Of a stretch of 64,000 bases of DNA, positions 20,805 through 29,487 are shown piece by piece (position 1 is the first letter of the stretch; each line of letters opens with the position of its first letter). The notes below the pieces were generated by a model. That model made no database searches, was not told the DNA's origin, and saw only the letters and a list, made by a program, of their open reading frames with translations. The stretch covers positions 39,756 to 103,755 of the forward strand of contig JBDLRP010000046.1 of assembly GCA_039799905.1 (NCBI GenBank), given 5' to 3'. A program made the position numbers and the translations under genes. The DNA is from Pseudomonadota bacterium (GTDB lineage: Bacteria; Bdellovibrionota_B; Oligoflexia; Silvanigrellales; Silvanigrellaceae).

Positions 20805-20853
20805 TCCTTGTCTCCGATGCTACAAAATACGAAATTTTCACACGCTGTGTCGA

Positions 20854-21291
20854 TTGGTCTATGTGATTCTACGTTTGGCATCCGTAAGCCGCAATTCACA
20901 CGGTGTACGATCTACTGACGCTTGCGTGCGCAGTGGTTCCAAGCAAGTCAAAATTCATGGCGTAATACCAAAAGAACAGGCTTGCACAGCAGACGAAGCA
21001 AGAATTGATGAGACTTCCTACATCCCTGAAGTCAACGCTTCAGGCGGCGTTTGGGTGGATTCATGTGATTCAACGATAAACTATGAATCAGTCGTAAATC
21101 AGATTTTCAATGAAGCAAAAAAACTTCCTGCCTTCATTTTGAAGGCAGACAAGGTCAAAAATGTAAGCGTAAAAGTGAATGGTGAAGCTTCGAGCAATTT
21201 TAGAATCATTGGCTCAAATAGCGTTGAGGTGAATGGACTTTCAAACTCAGGTACCTACATCGTCGAAATTAGTTACAGCAAACCAGAGTAA
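20854..21291 (+). pseudogene. probable 5'-truncated remnant resembling the C-terminus of vWA-associated secreted proteins
   Basis: Weak TTG start with no RBS and no signal peptide. GGVWVDSCDSTINYESVVNQI...FIL..VSVKVNG...VEISY resembles a vWA tail followed by a small beta-sandwich. Confidence 0.35.
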
Positions 21292-21314
21292 CTCATTTCG
21301 AACAAAAGCCGGCC

Positions 21315-22277
21315 TCAATCGTGAATGAGGGATACGTTTAAGCGGGACAATGGCAGAAAACCTCCGCCAAAGGGGAGAGCCGAAAGATCAGAAGAGCCAT
21401 CGGTCACAAATCCATAGGCACCTCCGGACCGATCTAATCGGTAACAGATGCCAGCCTCGGGAAAATCAGCCCCACCACGGTCGCAATACTTCTTCCGAAG
21501 TTTTGACCCTTGCTTTCGCGAAACTGACTTTTTTTGAAGTGAAGAATCAACCAAAAAAAGCCCGCCAGACGGCAATACTTTAATTGCAAACCCGGCAGCT
21601 GTGAGATGATACTCATAAAAACTGAGCGAATGGGTTTTCAACTCATTCAGAGTGGATTTCTGGAGGACGATCGATTCGGTCTGGCCGGGCGATTTACACT
21701 GGCGATGCGACGAGTCGGGGAACGGTGAAACCGAATCCATCTTCCAGCTGACATGCAGCGAGCTGCCATCCTGTTTGAGAGTCAGCTCACCCGTGCAGAC
21801 TTCATCATACAGCGGGCTCGCTTGCCGACTGTCAGATGCCTTCAAGACCCGCAGATCAGAAAAGCGTCCAACCAATTCAAGTTGGTCGGTTCCGCATCCA
21901 GAAACACCAGCAGTGCCACTGAAGTATCCCCAGACCGACATTCCCCTTAAAAAAGTGTTGTAAGGGATCTCGTACGAACTCAGAACATCTTTGTCGGGAT
22001 TACAAAAGTTTTTCAGACTGGGAAAAACTGTCTGGTCTGCCGTGTACGTTGCCAACAATTCACTTGAAGGCAGTAACATCTCGCCACGCGATGTAGCCGG
22101 ACCGGAAATTCCACCGCGATTCAACAAACCCGCGTCTCGTTTAACTTCACCGCCTGAACAAGAAACTGCAAGCATCAGAGCAGGCGCGACAATCAACTGG
22201 TTTTTCACTTCACTGATCTCCAAATCCACTCGGGTCAATTTAGAAGTCTGTCCGCGCAGAGGGAAGACCCTTTGCAC
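21315..22277 (-). CDS. hypothetical protein, possible lipoprotein
   Basis: 320-aa ORF. Hydrophobic stretch LIVAPALMLAVSC ends in a lipobox-like Cys, so the true start is probably downstream of 22277. Confidence 0.55.
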   Translation of the reverse strand: MQRVFPLRGQTSKLTRVDLEISEVKNQLIVAPALMLAVSCSGGEVKRDAGLLNRGGISGPATSRGEMLLPSSELLATYTADQTVFPSLKNFCNPDKDVLSSYEIPYNTFLRGMSVWGYFSGTAGVSGCGTDQLELVGRFSDLRVLKASDSRQASPLYDEVCTGELTLKQDGSSLHVSWKMDSVSPFPDSSHRQCKSPGQTESIVLQKSTLNELKTHSLSFYEYHLTAAGFAIKVLPSGGLFLVDSSLQKKSVSRKQGSKLRKKYCDRGGADFPEAGICYRLDRSGGAYGFVTDGSSDLSALPFGGGFLPLSRLNVSLIHD

Positions 22278-22546
22278 GAAAGCCGATAGCAGGGCTTCTT
22301 AACTTCATCCACAAGAATATCTTTGCCATTCTCATGTCTCAGAAATTGACACTGTCAATTCCATTTTCACGTCTAAAACCCGCTCCACAGGCCGTCTATG
22401 ATTCAGACAAAGACCTGTTAAACGGAAAAGAAAAAAGCAAATCCTGACCTTTTTTTATTGGAGACCCAAATAGCTCATTGGGCGATTCAATGGCTGCCGG
22501 AGAGGCAGAGAGCCCCTCCAAGGCGTGCTTACGCGTGCCGCGTTGC

Positions 22547-22924
22547 TCAGAGCGTTTTCAATTCCTTCGTTCCGTCCGCTGCAGTTTCGATAAGAAATCC
22601 GCCCTTCTCCCCGCACTCCTGTTGACTGACCTGCACCCAATTCAATTGGCCGCCGCTCGCAGCGCACTTGGCCAAACCTGAACATTCATGCAGCTCTGAA
22701 GAAGCAAATTTGTCGCCGAATTTCTCTTTCGTTGCATCAATATCCGCAGCTGTGACAGCACATTTCGCATATGCGGCGCAACTGTTGATGCCAAAGCACC
22801 TAACAACCTGCTGCTGATCGCTCGTTGAAGCTGCTGGATTCTGGTTAGTGTCTTTTTTCGGATTCGATGTCGCACAAGCAGAAACCAACGCGGCAGTCGC
22901 CAGAAATGCAAGGGAACTTTTCAT
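22547..22924 (-). CDS. bufferin-like (BufA2-type) Cys-rich RiPP precursor with lipoprotein signal
   Basis: AAGGAG RBS before ATG 22924; signal MKSSLAFLATAALVSA|C. Core RCFGINSCAAYAKC...HECSGLAKCAASGG...QECGEKGG follows the C.GVNSC..C...C.G...C...EC...GG six-Cys pattern. Lies next to an ECF/anti-sigma pair and an MNIO. Confidence 0.8.
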   Translation of the reverse strand: MKSSLAFLATAALVSACATSNPKKDTNQNPAASTSDQQQVVRCFGINSCAAYAKCAVTAADIDATKEKFGDKFASSELHECSGLAKCAASGGQLNWVQVSQQECGEKGGFLIETAADGTKELKTL

Positions 22925-22983
22925 TGTCAAAACTCCTTCGATCGGTTGGACTGACTATTCAATCCAGTACCGTCACAGTGTGA

Positions 22984-23009
22984 TTCGAAGGGCGTAGGAA
23001 TTAGTTACA
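22984..23009 (-). promoter_or_regulatory. ECF sigma promoter (ECF16/SigF-type) for the precursor gene
   Basis: Minus strand TGTAAC-taattcctacgccctt (16 nt)-CGAA, about 60 nt upstream of the precursor ATG. Confidence 0.75.
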
Positions 23010-23030
23010 ACTTCAGAGGAATGAGCTGTT

Positions 23031-23711
23031 TCAATTCTTATCGAACGTTCGGAAGCTTTTGAATTGCGCAGCTGCGGTTCCAAGTTTCGATCGAACAAGT
23101 CGGGACACAATAAATTCATTCACCAGAAAAGTGAGACCCACGAGCACTACATACTGTGAACCATGCCCTGCGAAGAGATGATCGATGTCTGAACTCGGGC
23201 ATGTGAAGAAAAGTGCCATGGTTCCGGAAATTCCGCTCACTGTGTTCAACGCGATGCGAGTCGCCCGCGACGGCACAGGACCGGTTCGATATACGAATGC
23301 AGAAATCACTCCGGCCGTCAGGGCCGATGCTGAAGCACCAAACAGAAAACACTTGAATGACGCGGACCAAAACTGAGTTGAGTCTTGCATCGTCATAAAA
23401 CTATCGCCGAATTGAGGAAGTACAAAAGAGGAAACAAGAATTGCCAGAATTGAAAACCAGAAGGTCGAATTTATGAGCGGAGAAAAAAGCGCCTTCGCAA
23501 AAGCAATCATTCCCGCCAAGAGAAGAACCGCCATCACCAAGATTTCCCAAGAATCTCGAATACTCATTGCCTCGTTGATGCCAGAAGTAAAAATAAAGAC
23601 GAGCGGAATCGCTATCAAGACTGCAGGCAACACAACCTTAAGCCACCTGCCATTTGCGGCGGCCTTGGTATCCTTTGAAACAAAATCAATGAGTTCAGAA
23701 TAGTCTTTCAT
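23031..23711 (-). CDS. NrsF/DUF1109-like multi-pass membrane anti-sigma factor
   Basis: About six TM helices, with a periplasmic-side Cys (FKCFLFG) and a CPSSDIDHLFAGH motif. Overlaps the sigma stop by 4 nt (ATGA). Confidence 0.75.
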   Translation of the reverse strand: MKDYSELIDFVSKDTKAAANGRWLKVVLPAVLIAIPLVFIFTSGINEAMSIRDSWEILVMAVLLLAGMIAFAKALFSPLINSTFWFSILAILVSSFVLPQFGDSFMTMQDSTQFWSASFKCFLFGASASALTAGVISAFVYRTGPVPSRATRIALNTVSGISGTMALFFTCPSSDIDHLFAGHGSQYVVLVGLTFLVNEFIVSRLVRSKLGTAAAQFKSFRTFDKN

Positions 23712-24325
23712 GTTACCACCTCTTGACCCTTTGAATCTGAATCCACTTCATCTTCAAGCAGCTGCTTGCGCAGGCCTTTGAGCAGCCGATGAACCCTCAC
23801 TTTGACGGCTCCTTCAGTCGATTCAAGGACATGCGCGAGTTCTGCCATGCTCAGACCCTCCGTCACACTTAGGTATACGATTGAGCGGTCTAAAGGTTTC
23901 AGAGCCTGTAATGCATCTTCAAGCGACCTTCGCATCGAAATCTGTGAGGCGAGGTCGATAATGGACTTATCGTGGACCGACTCAAGGTGACTCTGCTCGG
24001 ATTCCAGACTTTCATTGGCATCAACGCGGCTCCTCTTTCGCCAATGATCAATGAGAGTTCTCTGGGCAACGGTAAAGGTCCAAGTTTTCAAGGAAAGGTC
24101 GTTGTTAAAGGCGTGTCTCGACAAATGAATCTTCAACAATGCCGCCTGTGTTAAATCGTCGCTGTCAGAATCATTTCGGGTCCGAGCAAAAAAGAATTTA
24201 TAGAGCCTTTTACCGAGTTCAGAAAACAAGCCACTCACGACAGCCGCATCGCCATTGCGATAAGCCTCGAAGGCAACTTGAAGGTGTCTCCATTCATCGC
24301 TTTTTATGCCCGACGGCTGCTGCAT
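23708..24325 (-). CDS. ECF RNA polymerase sigma factor (SigF/ECF16-like)
   Basis: Region 2 DSDDLTQAALLKIH...LKTWTFTVAQRTLIDHWRK; region 4 EGLSMAELAHVLESTEGAVKVRVHRLLK. Alternative start TTG 24370. Confidence 0.92.
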   Translation of the reverse strand: MQQPSGIKSDEWRHLQVAFEAYRNGDAAVVSGLFSELGKRLYKFFFARTRNDSDSDDLTQAALLKIHLSRHAFNNDLSLKTWTFTVAQRTLIDHWRKRSRVDANESLESEQSHLESVHDKSIIDLASQISMRRSLEDALQALKPLDRSIVYLSVTEGLSMAELAHVLESTEGAVKVRVHRLLKGLRKQLLEDEVDSDSKGQEVVT

Positions 24326-24460
24326 AAAATCAAAGTCCGCCCAACTCGATAGACCGTGTCCAACGTTCAATAATCTTTTGAGAATACTTCCCTATTGCAA
24401 CAATGGGAAGCGGCCCAAAACGATTCAACTATGCTTCTCACTGAGCAACGATTCTTAGTC

Positions 24461-24486
24461 TGTAACCAAAGCAAAGACAATGCGTA
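24461..24486 (+). promoter_or_regulatory. ECF sigma promoter (ECF16/SigF-type) for the MNIO operon
   Basis: TGTAAC-caaagcaaagacaatg (16 nt)-CGTA, 33 nt upstream of ATG 24520. Same architecture as the motif at 22984-23009. Confidence 0.72.
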
Positions 24487-24519
24487 TTCCTGTCAGAGCT
24501 GTCTTGAGAGGGAGAACAC

Positions 24520-26961
24520 ATGCAACGCATCGTCGGTTTTGGTCTTGGCCTGCGCCCAAATCACTACAAAGATTGGATCGGCGCTGATGAGGGGCTCTGG
24601 GTGGAAGTGATGAGCGATAACTACATCCACCAAGCGGGTGGGCGTGGTGTGTTTCACCTTGCACAGGCCATCAAGGACCGACGTGTGGTGATGCACGGTG
24701 TCGGGCTCAATATCGCAGGCGTTGAGAAATTGAACAGCCACTATCTCGACGGACTCACGGCGTTGGCCGAAAGAGTTCAGCCAGAGGTGCTTTCCGACCA
24801 TTTGTGTTTTACGCGAACTGCGGGCCGCTCCACCTACGACCTGCTGCCGTTTCCCTACACTCGCGAAAACCTTGGTTGGGTGTCCCGAAAAGTCAACGAG
24901 GTTCAAAGAATCCTCAAACGCCGATTGAGCTTGGAAAACCTATCCCGCTACGTAGCATTCATTGATGACGAGATGAGTGAATTCGAATTTCTCTCCCGCC
25001 TCTGTCACATGACAGGATGCGGAATTTTGCTTGACGTAAACAATGTCATAGTTTCAGCCACAAACCTCAAACGCAACGTAGATTCAGATTTGCTGTTACT
25101 TGAACCGTGGATGGTGACTCAGTACCACGTGGCAGGACACACAAAACACGACGGCTGGCTTCATGATACACACGACCAACCCGTTAATTCCGACTGCTGG
25201 AAGCTTCTGAGCTCCTGCCAAGAACGGTTTGGTCATCAGCCTGTGATTTTGGAAAATGATGAGCCTTCAACTTCCTTCAGCGCTTTGCTTGAGGAAGTTG
25301 ATTCCGGTTTGAGATTGTCTCCGCCGGCAAATTCGACTGTCTGCGACGCACCGAATCATCTCAGAGAATTTCAAAATCACTTTGTCAATATCGTTTACAC
25401 CCCTCCATGGAAGGAAATCTGTGCACGAAGTGAGTCTGTTGAAGTCACCCGAGTCAGGGATGACTATATTGAACAGCTCGATGTTTACCGGCATTGCTTT
25501 TTTTCGCGAATCACAACCACTTTAAGTGACACTATTCTGCTCCCACTCACTCAGGAATACGGACACGATCGAGTCCATGCGTGGCTTGCCAACTACGCCA
25601 TCGAGGCCGGATTCAATGCCACACTCCTGCAAGATAATTTATCGGGTTTTATCGGGTATCTCGAGAATAAGAAGGTAGCAGACCAGTATCCTGGCATTTC
25701 AGAAGTACTGAGTCTTTGCGTCGCGCGCTGGAGCGTTCTCACGTGTGTGGACAAAGAGATTAAATTTGTTGAAGCGGATACATCACTTCACGAAATCTAC
25801 CAAAATCCGACAAGCCAATTTGTTTTTTCAGATCTTTCCAAAACTGATTCAATGTCTGCCGCTTCAGTGGACTTATCGAAAGGAGCAATTTCAAAAGTGG
25901 TCTTCAGAACATCTCCGGCTGAGCTTCACACTCACCCTATTCCGATTGAGTGCAGCGACATTGCCCATTCCCTTAAAATGGGCCGATCACTGACCTACGC
26001 ACTTGAAAATGAAGGACTGCATCACAGCGAAAGCGCTGCACCCGTTGTTCAACAATGGCTTGCTTCGATGTTTAAACTGGGTGGTCTCACAGCACGTGCT
26101 CATTCCGTTCTTCTAGCTTTCGTTGCTTTTTTCTCTCTTGAGAGTACTGCAAGTGCTGAGGTCTGGAAACTGCAAACTGAGCGCCTGATTCAGGTGAGCG
26201 GAAGCCTGCTCGACGATATTCCTGCGGGCGTTACAACCAACAGCTCCCTTTTGGGCATTGATCTCGGTGGAACTGCAACTTTGCTTCCACGAGTGGATGC
26301 AAAGGTTGGTTCAAAGCAGGAGGGCGTTCCACGTGCACCAGCTCATTTTGTTCCAACCCTTGCACTGAGCGCATCGCCGGATTCACTTTTGGCATCAAAG
26401 TACTCCTTTGCACTGCGCGGCTGGTATGGCCTTCTTCCCGCAACAGTCTCGCGTCTGGTGGTCGGAAGAAACACTCAATTCGACCAGAGGAAATTCGGAC
26501 TTGAATTTTCCGCTCTTGAAAAAGGAGAACAATTTTTCGCGGGAATCAGTCTCGGGGGCAAGGCATTTTATCAAAGCGGCGACGCACAACTGAAGGGATA
26601 CTTTTCGACCCAGGATCAGGGGCAAGCAAAGGACTCGTTTGCCGTCACAACCTCGGCTGCCGGAATTTCTTTAATTGCTTTGCATGACTCGTCAGGAGTC
26701 TTCTTCGAAACTATCGGATTCCTCCGCACAAGCAAAAGTGAGTTCTACATTTCAGAAGACGACAATCGCATCCTCGTTGAAGATGGCCTCAACGGGAACT
26801 CCCTTGAGCTGGGCTCCGGCGGACTCGGAGGGCAGATTTCCTTGGGCTGGAATCCGAACTCTTACTTTCAGATTGGCTTTTCACAGCTCATCCTTCCTGA
26901 AAGATATGCGGCTCCGCGCGTCTTCCTGCGCCTTCAACACTCATTAATTTCGGGGACATGA
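24520..26961 (+). CDS. multinuclear non-heme iron oxidative enzyme (DUF692/BufB-like) fused to a DUF2063 (BufC-like) domain and a C-terminal putative outer-membrane beta-barrel
   Basis: aa ~1-262 has GLGLR, MHGVG, SDHL, DLLP, LEN, LLDVNN, YHVAGH, DTH, LENDE (DUF692 Fe ligands). aa ~280-515 has LREFQNHF...QLDVYR...GFIGYL...YPGISEV (DUF2063-like). From aa 517 there is a signal-peptide-like segment followed by amphipathic beta-strands. Confidence 0.85.
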   Translation: MQRIVGFGLGLRPNHYKDWIGADEGLWVEVMSDNYIHQAGGRGVFHLAQAIKDRRVVMHGVGLNIAGVEKLNSHYLDGLTALAERVQPEVLSDHLCFTRTAGRSTYDLLPFPYTRENLGWVSRKVNEVQRILKRRLSLENLSRYVAFIDDEMSEFEFLSRLCHMTGCGILLDVNNVIVSATNLKRNVDSDLLLLEPWMVTQYHVAGHTKHDGWLHDTHDQPVNSDCWKLLSSCQERFGHQPVILENDEPSTSFSALLEEVDSGLRLSPPANSTVCDAPNHLREFQNHFVNIVYTPPWKEICARSESVEVTRVRDDYIEQLDVYRHCFFSRITTTLSDTILLPLTQEYGHDRVHAWLANYAIEAGFNATLLQDNLSGFIGYLENKKVADQYPGISEVLSLCVARWSVLTCVDKEIKFVEADTSLHEIYQNPTSQFVFSDLSKTDSMSAASVDLSKGAISKVVFRTSPAELHTHPIPIECSDIAHSLKMGRSLTYALENEGLHHSESAAPVVQQWLASMFKLGGLTARAHSVLLAFVAFFSLESTASAEVWKLQTERLIQVSGSLLDDIPAGVTTNSSLLGIDLGGTATLLPRVDAKVGSKQEGVPRAPAHFVPTLALSASPDSLLASKYSFALRGWYGLLPATVSRLVVGRNTQFDQRKFGLEFSALEKGEQFFAGISLGGKAFYQSGDAQLKGYFSTQDQGQAKDSFAVTTSAAGISLIALHDSSGVFFETIGFLRTSKSEFYISEDDNRILVEDGLNGNSLELGSGGLGGQISLGWNPNSYFQIGFSQLILPERYAAPRVFLRLQHSLISGT

Positions 26962-26962
26962 A

Positions 26963-27331
26963 ATGAAATTTCTAAACTTCTTTTCAGTTTTGACACTAAC
27001 CGCACTGAACACTGCCGCCTGTTCAAGGGCCGAGACTCTGGCTGAACTTGTACCTCCTCAAGTGGCTGTGGATGCCCAGAATCCAACATGGAACAACGGC
27101 ATTGCAAATTTGGTCAAAGAACGTTGTGCGTCCTGCCATGGTGCACGAAAGGAGGCCTTCGTTCCGTCCAGCACCCCCTTTCTTGACTTCACCAAGGAAG
27201 AAGAGTTTCGCTCGGTGCGCTTTCGTTCGATTGCCCGCATCAAAGACGAGGCAAATCCGATGCCTCCCCGCTACGCCGACCCGATCTCGAAAACCGAGGC
27301 TGAGGCATTGATTCGCTACTTGGAAAAATGA
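26963..27331 (+). CDS. monoheme cytochrome c lipoprotein
   Basis: Lipobox TAA|C, heme motif CASCH, distal ligand candidate MPP. Starts 1 nt after the upstream stop. Confidence 0.85.
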   Translation: MKFLNFFSVLTLTALNTAACSRAETLAELVPPQVAVDAQNPTWNNGIANLVKERCASCHGARKEAFVPSSTPFLDFTKEEEFRSVRFRSIARIKDEANPMPPRYADPISKTEAEALIRYLEK

Positions 27332-27431
27332 TGCGTAAGTCAGGTTCATTTTAACTGCATTCAGTTGACTGGTGGATTCCGCTCGTTGAATATTCACTCC
27401 AATCGATTTTCGAGTCCAAGGAGTGCACTGA

Positions 27432-28241
27432 ATGCTTCGAGTTTTGAGTTCTGTGGTGTCGCGCCTCACCGCATTTACGTTCTTCACTCCCCTCTTGTTC
27501 CCCGCTGCCGCACTGGCACACGGAATTAGTGATGAACAAAAGCAGCGCATGCTCGAAGGCGGCTACGGGCAATATCTGATACTCGGTGCTGAACACATGC
27601 TCACCGGTTACGACCACCTGCTGTTTTTATTTGGTGTCTTGTTCTTTTTGAGCACCTTTAAGGAAGTCGCAAAATTTGTCACCGTCTTCACCATCGGGCA
27701 CTGCATCACTCTCATTTTTGCAACCTTCTTCCGCATCACGTGGAACTATTATCTGGTAGACGCAGTCATTGCTCTGAGCGTCATGTACAAGGCATTTGAC
27801 AACAACGGCGGATTCGAAAAGCATTTGGGAGTCAGACCACCCAACATGCTCATGATGGTCTTTGCCTTTGGCTTGCTTCACGGCTTCGGCCTGTCCACAC
27901 GCCTGCAGCAACTTCCTTTGGGCGACGAAAACCTTGGCATGCTCTTCAGGATTCTCAGCTTCAACCTTGGAGTTGAAGTCGGTCAAATCATGGCGCTGGC
28001 ATTGATGGTCCTGGCTTTATCCGGTTGGCGAAAGCGTGAGTCCTTCAAAAAATTCAGCTACGCTGCCAATGTGGCGCTCATGTACGCAGGTGTCTTTCTG
28101 TTATTCATGCAAATGCACGGATATTGGCACGATTCGCATCCCGATGATTTTCGCTTCCCTGAGGCAGAACATCGTCATGCCCACGAGGACATGGCCATTG
28201 AAAATGAACAAAAGGAGTCAGGTCGTGAGAATTTGGAATAA
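27432..28241 (+). CDS. HupE/UreJ family metal (Ni) transporter-like membrane protein
   Basis: ALA|HG signal, GAEHMLTGYDHLLFL, FTIGHCITL, FGLLHGFG, FNLGVEVGQ, His-rich C-terminus. Confidence 0.9.
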   Translation: MLRVLSSVVSRLTAFTFFTPLLFPAAALAHGISDEQKQRMLEGGYGQYLILGAEHMLTGYDHLLFLFGVLFFLSTFKEVAKFVTVFTIGHCITLIFATFFRITWNYYLVDAVIALSVMYKAFDNNGGFEKHLGVRPPNMLMMVFAFGLLHGFGLSTRLQQLPLGDENLGMLFRILSFNLGVEVGQIMALALMVLALSGWRKRESFKKFSYAANVALMYAGVFLLFMQMHGYWHDSHPDDFRFPEAEHRHAHEDMAIENEQKESGRENLE

Positions 28242-28242
28242 A

Positions 28243-28611
28243 TTGAACCGCACAGGCGCTCTATTTTTTACAACAGTTGCAGGCTGCACTTTGACGTCGT
28301 TCCACAGCACTGCTGCGTTTGCCGATGCAGGTGGAGCCTGTCATTTCCACGGACGTAAAGAGGCGAGCGAAGAAACTGTCATTCGCTGTTCCGCCCACCA
28401 CCGCACCCGCCTCTCGAGCAAAGGTAAAATCGATGCTTTGTGGGTTAACTTAAGTCACGAATCAATTACAAAGGTGACAAATCCAAAGGGCAAACAAGAG
28501 TGGCAGGTTGTTTTTAGCAACCCCACCGCTTCAGATGAAACAAAAAAGAAACTGTTCATGTTTTTTACTTTGAACGGAAACTTTGTGGCGGCCAATCACA
28601 CTGGCAAATAA
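28243..28611 (+). CDS. DUF6488-like small periplasmic His-containing protein
   Basis: In-frame TTG just after the HupE stop; signal ending AFA|D. CHFHG...KGKIDALW...EWQVVFSNP....KKKLFMFFTLNGNFVAANHTG. Confidence 0.7.
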   Translation: MNRTGALFFTTVAGCTLTSFHSTAAFADAGGACHFHGRKEASEETVIRCSAHHRTRLSSKGKIDALWVNLSHESITKVTNPKGKQEWQVVFSNPTASDETKKKLFMFFTLNGNFVAANHTGK

Positions 28612-28633
28612 GAATCGACCTCGGACTGCTCTG

Positions 28634-29473
28634 CTACTGGAATTCAAAACAACACGTCTGAATGTTCCAAGCAGGAAGCTTTTGTGAAAACACCCTCTCA
28701 CACGCTCCGCCCGCTGCCGCACCGGCACACACCATCAGCGGAATAAGATGTTCTTCCCGAGGATGCGCAGCGCGCGCCGCAGGAGCCTCGCTCCAGCGGA
28801 GGAGTCTCTCATGACGCTTTTCTGGTGACGAAACACAGAGTGACTCAAATAGCCATTTGTCGAAAACCTCAGAGGCGCCTATTCTGTCCGGAATCGCCCG
28901 CAGGTTGTGATAGCTGAAGCCGCTCCCCACAATGAGTACATTCTCTTCTCGCAATGGTCTCAATGCTTCACCGAGGCGCAGATGTTGCGCTGGGCTCAGA
29001 TCTGACCGCAGTGAAATTTGAATCACGGGAACGTCGGCCTGTGGAAATGCAATCAACAGGGGAACGTAAACACCGTGGTCGTAGCCGCGGGATGAATCCA
29101 GCCGGCACTCAATTGCTTGAGCGTTCAACAAAGCCGATATGCGCTTTGCCAAGTCGGGGTCACCCTTTGCCGGATACTGCAATTGGTACGTGTGCGGCGG
29201 GAAGCCGCTGTAGTCATAGATCATCGCCGGGTTCGCAGTGGACTGAACCGTGAAGACAGCTTCTTCCCAATGAGCAGAGATGACGACGATGGCAGAAGGC
29301 CGCCGCGGAAGGCGACGTGGAAGCTCTTCAAAAAACGCCCTCAAGCCGTCAAACAGTTCGGGAGGATTCCAGTCCATCCAAAAGCATGGTCCGCCGCCGT
29401 GTGAAACAAAGTAGGTTGGATAATGAATGGACATCACATCGCTCCTGTCAATTGGCCTTCCTTCAATTGTCAT
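28634..29473 (-). CDS. DODA-type (YgiD/LigB family) extradiol ring-cleavage dioxygenase
   Basis: SHGGGP, ISAHWE, IYDYSGFP..TY...YPA.G, RGYDHG, GSG.SYHNL, AHPREEHL.PL. Confidence 0.92.
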   Translation of the reverse strand: MTIEGRPIDRSDVMSIHYPTYFVSHGGGPCFWMDWNPPELFDGLRAFFEELPRRLPRRPSAIVVISAHWEEAVFTVQSTANPAMIYDYSGFPPHTYQLQYPAKGDPDLAKRISALLNAQAIECRLDSSRGYDHGVYVPLLIAFPQADVPVIQISLRSDLSPAQHLRLGEALRPLREENVLIVGSGFSYHNLRAIPDRIGASEVFDKWLFESLCVSSPEKRHERLLRWSEAPAARAAHPREEHLIPLMVCAGAAAGGACERVFSQKLPAWNIQTCCFEFQ

Positions 29474-29487
29474 GCCGCGGCCAAATC

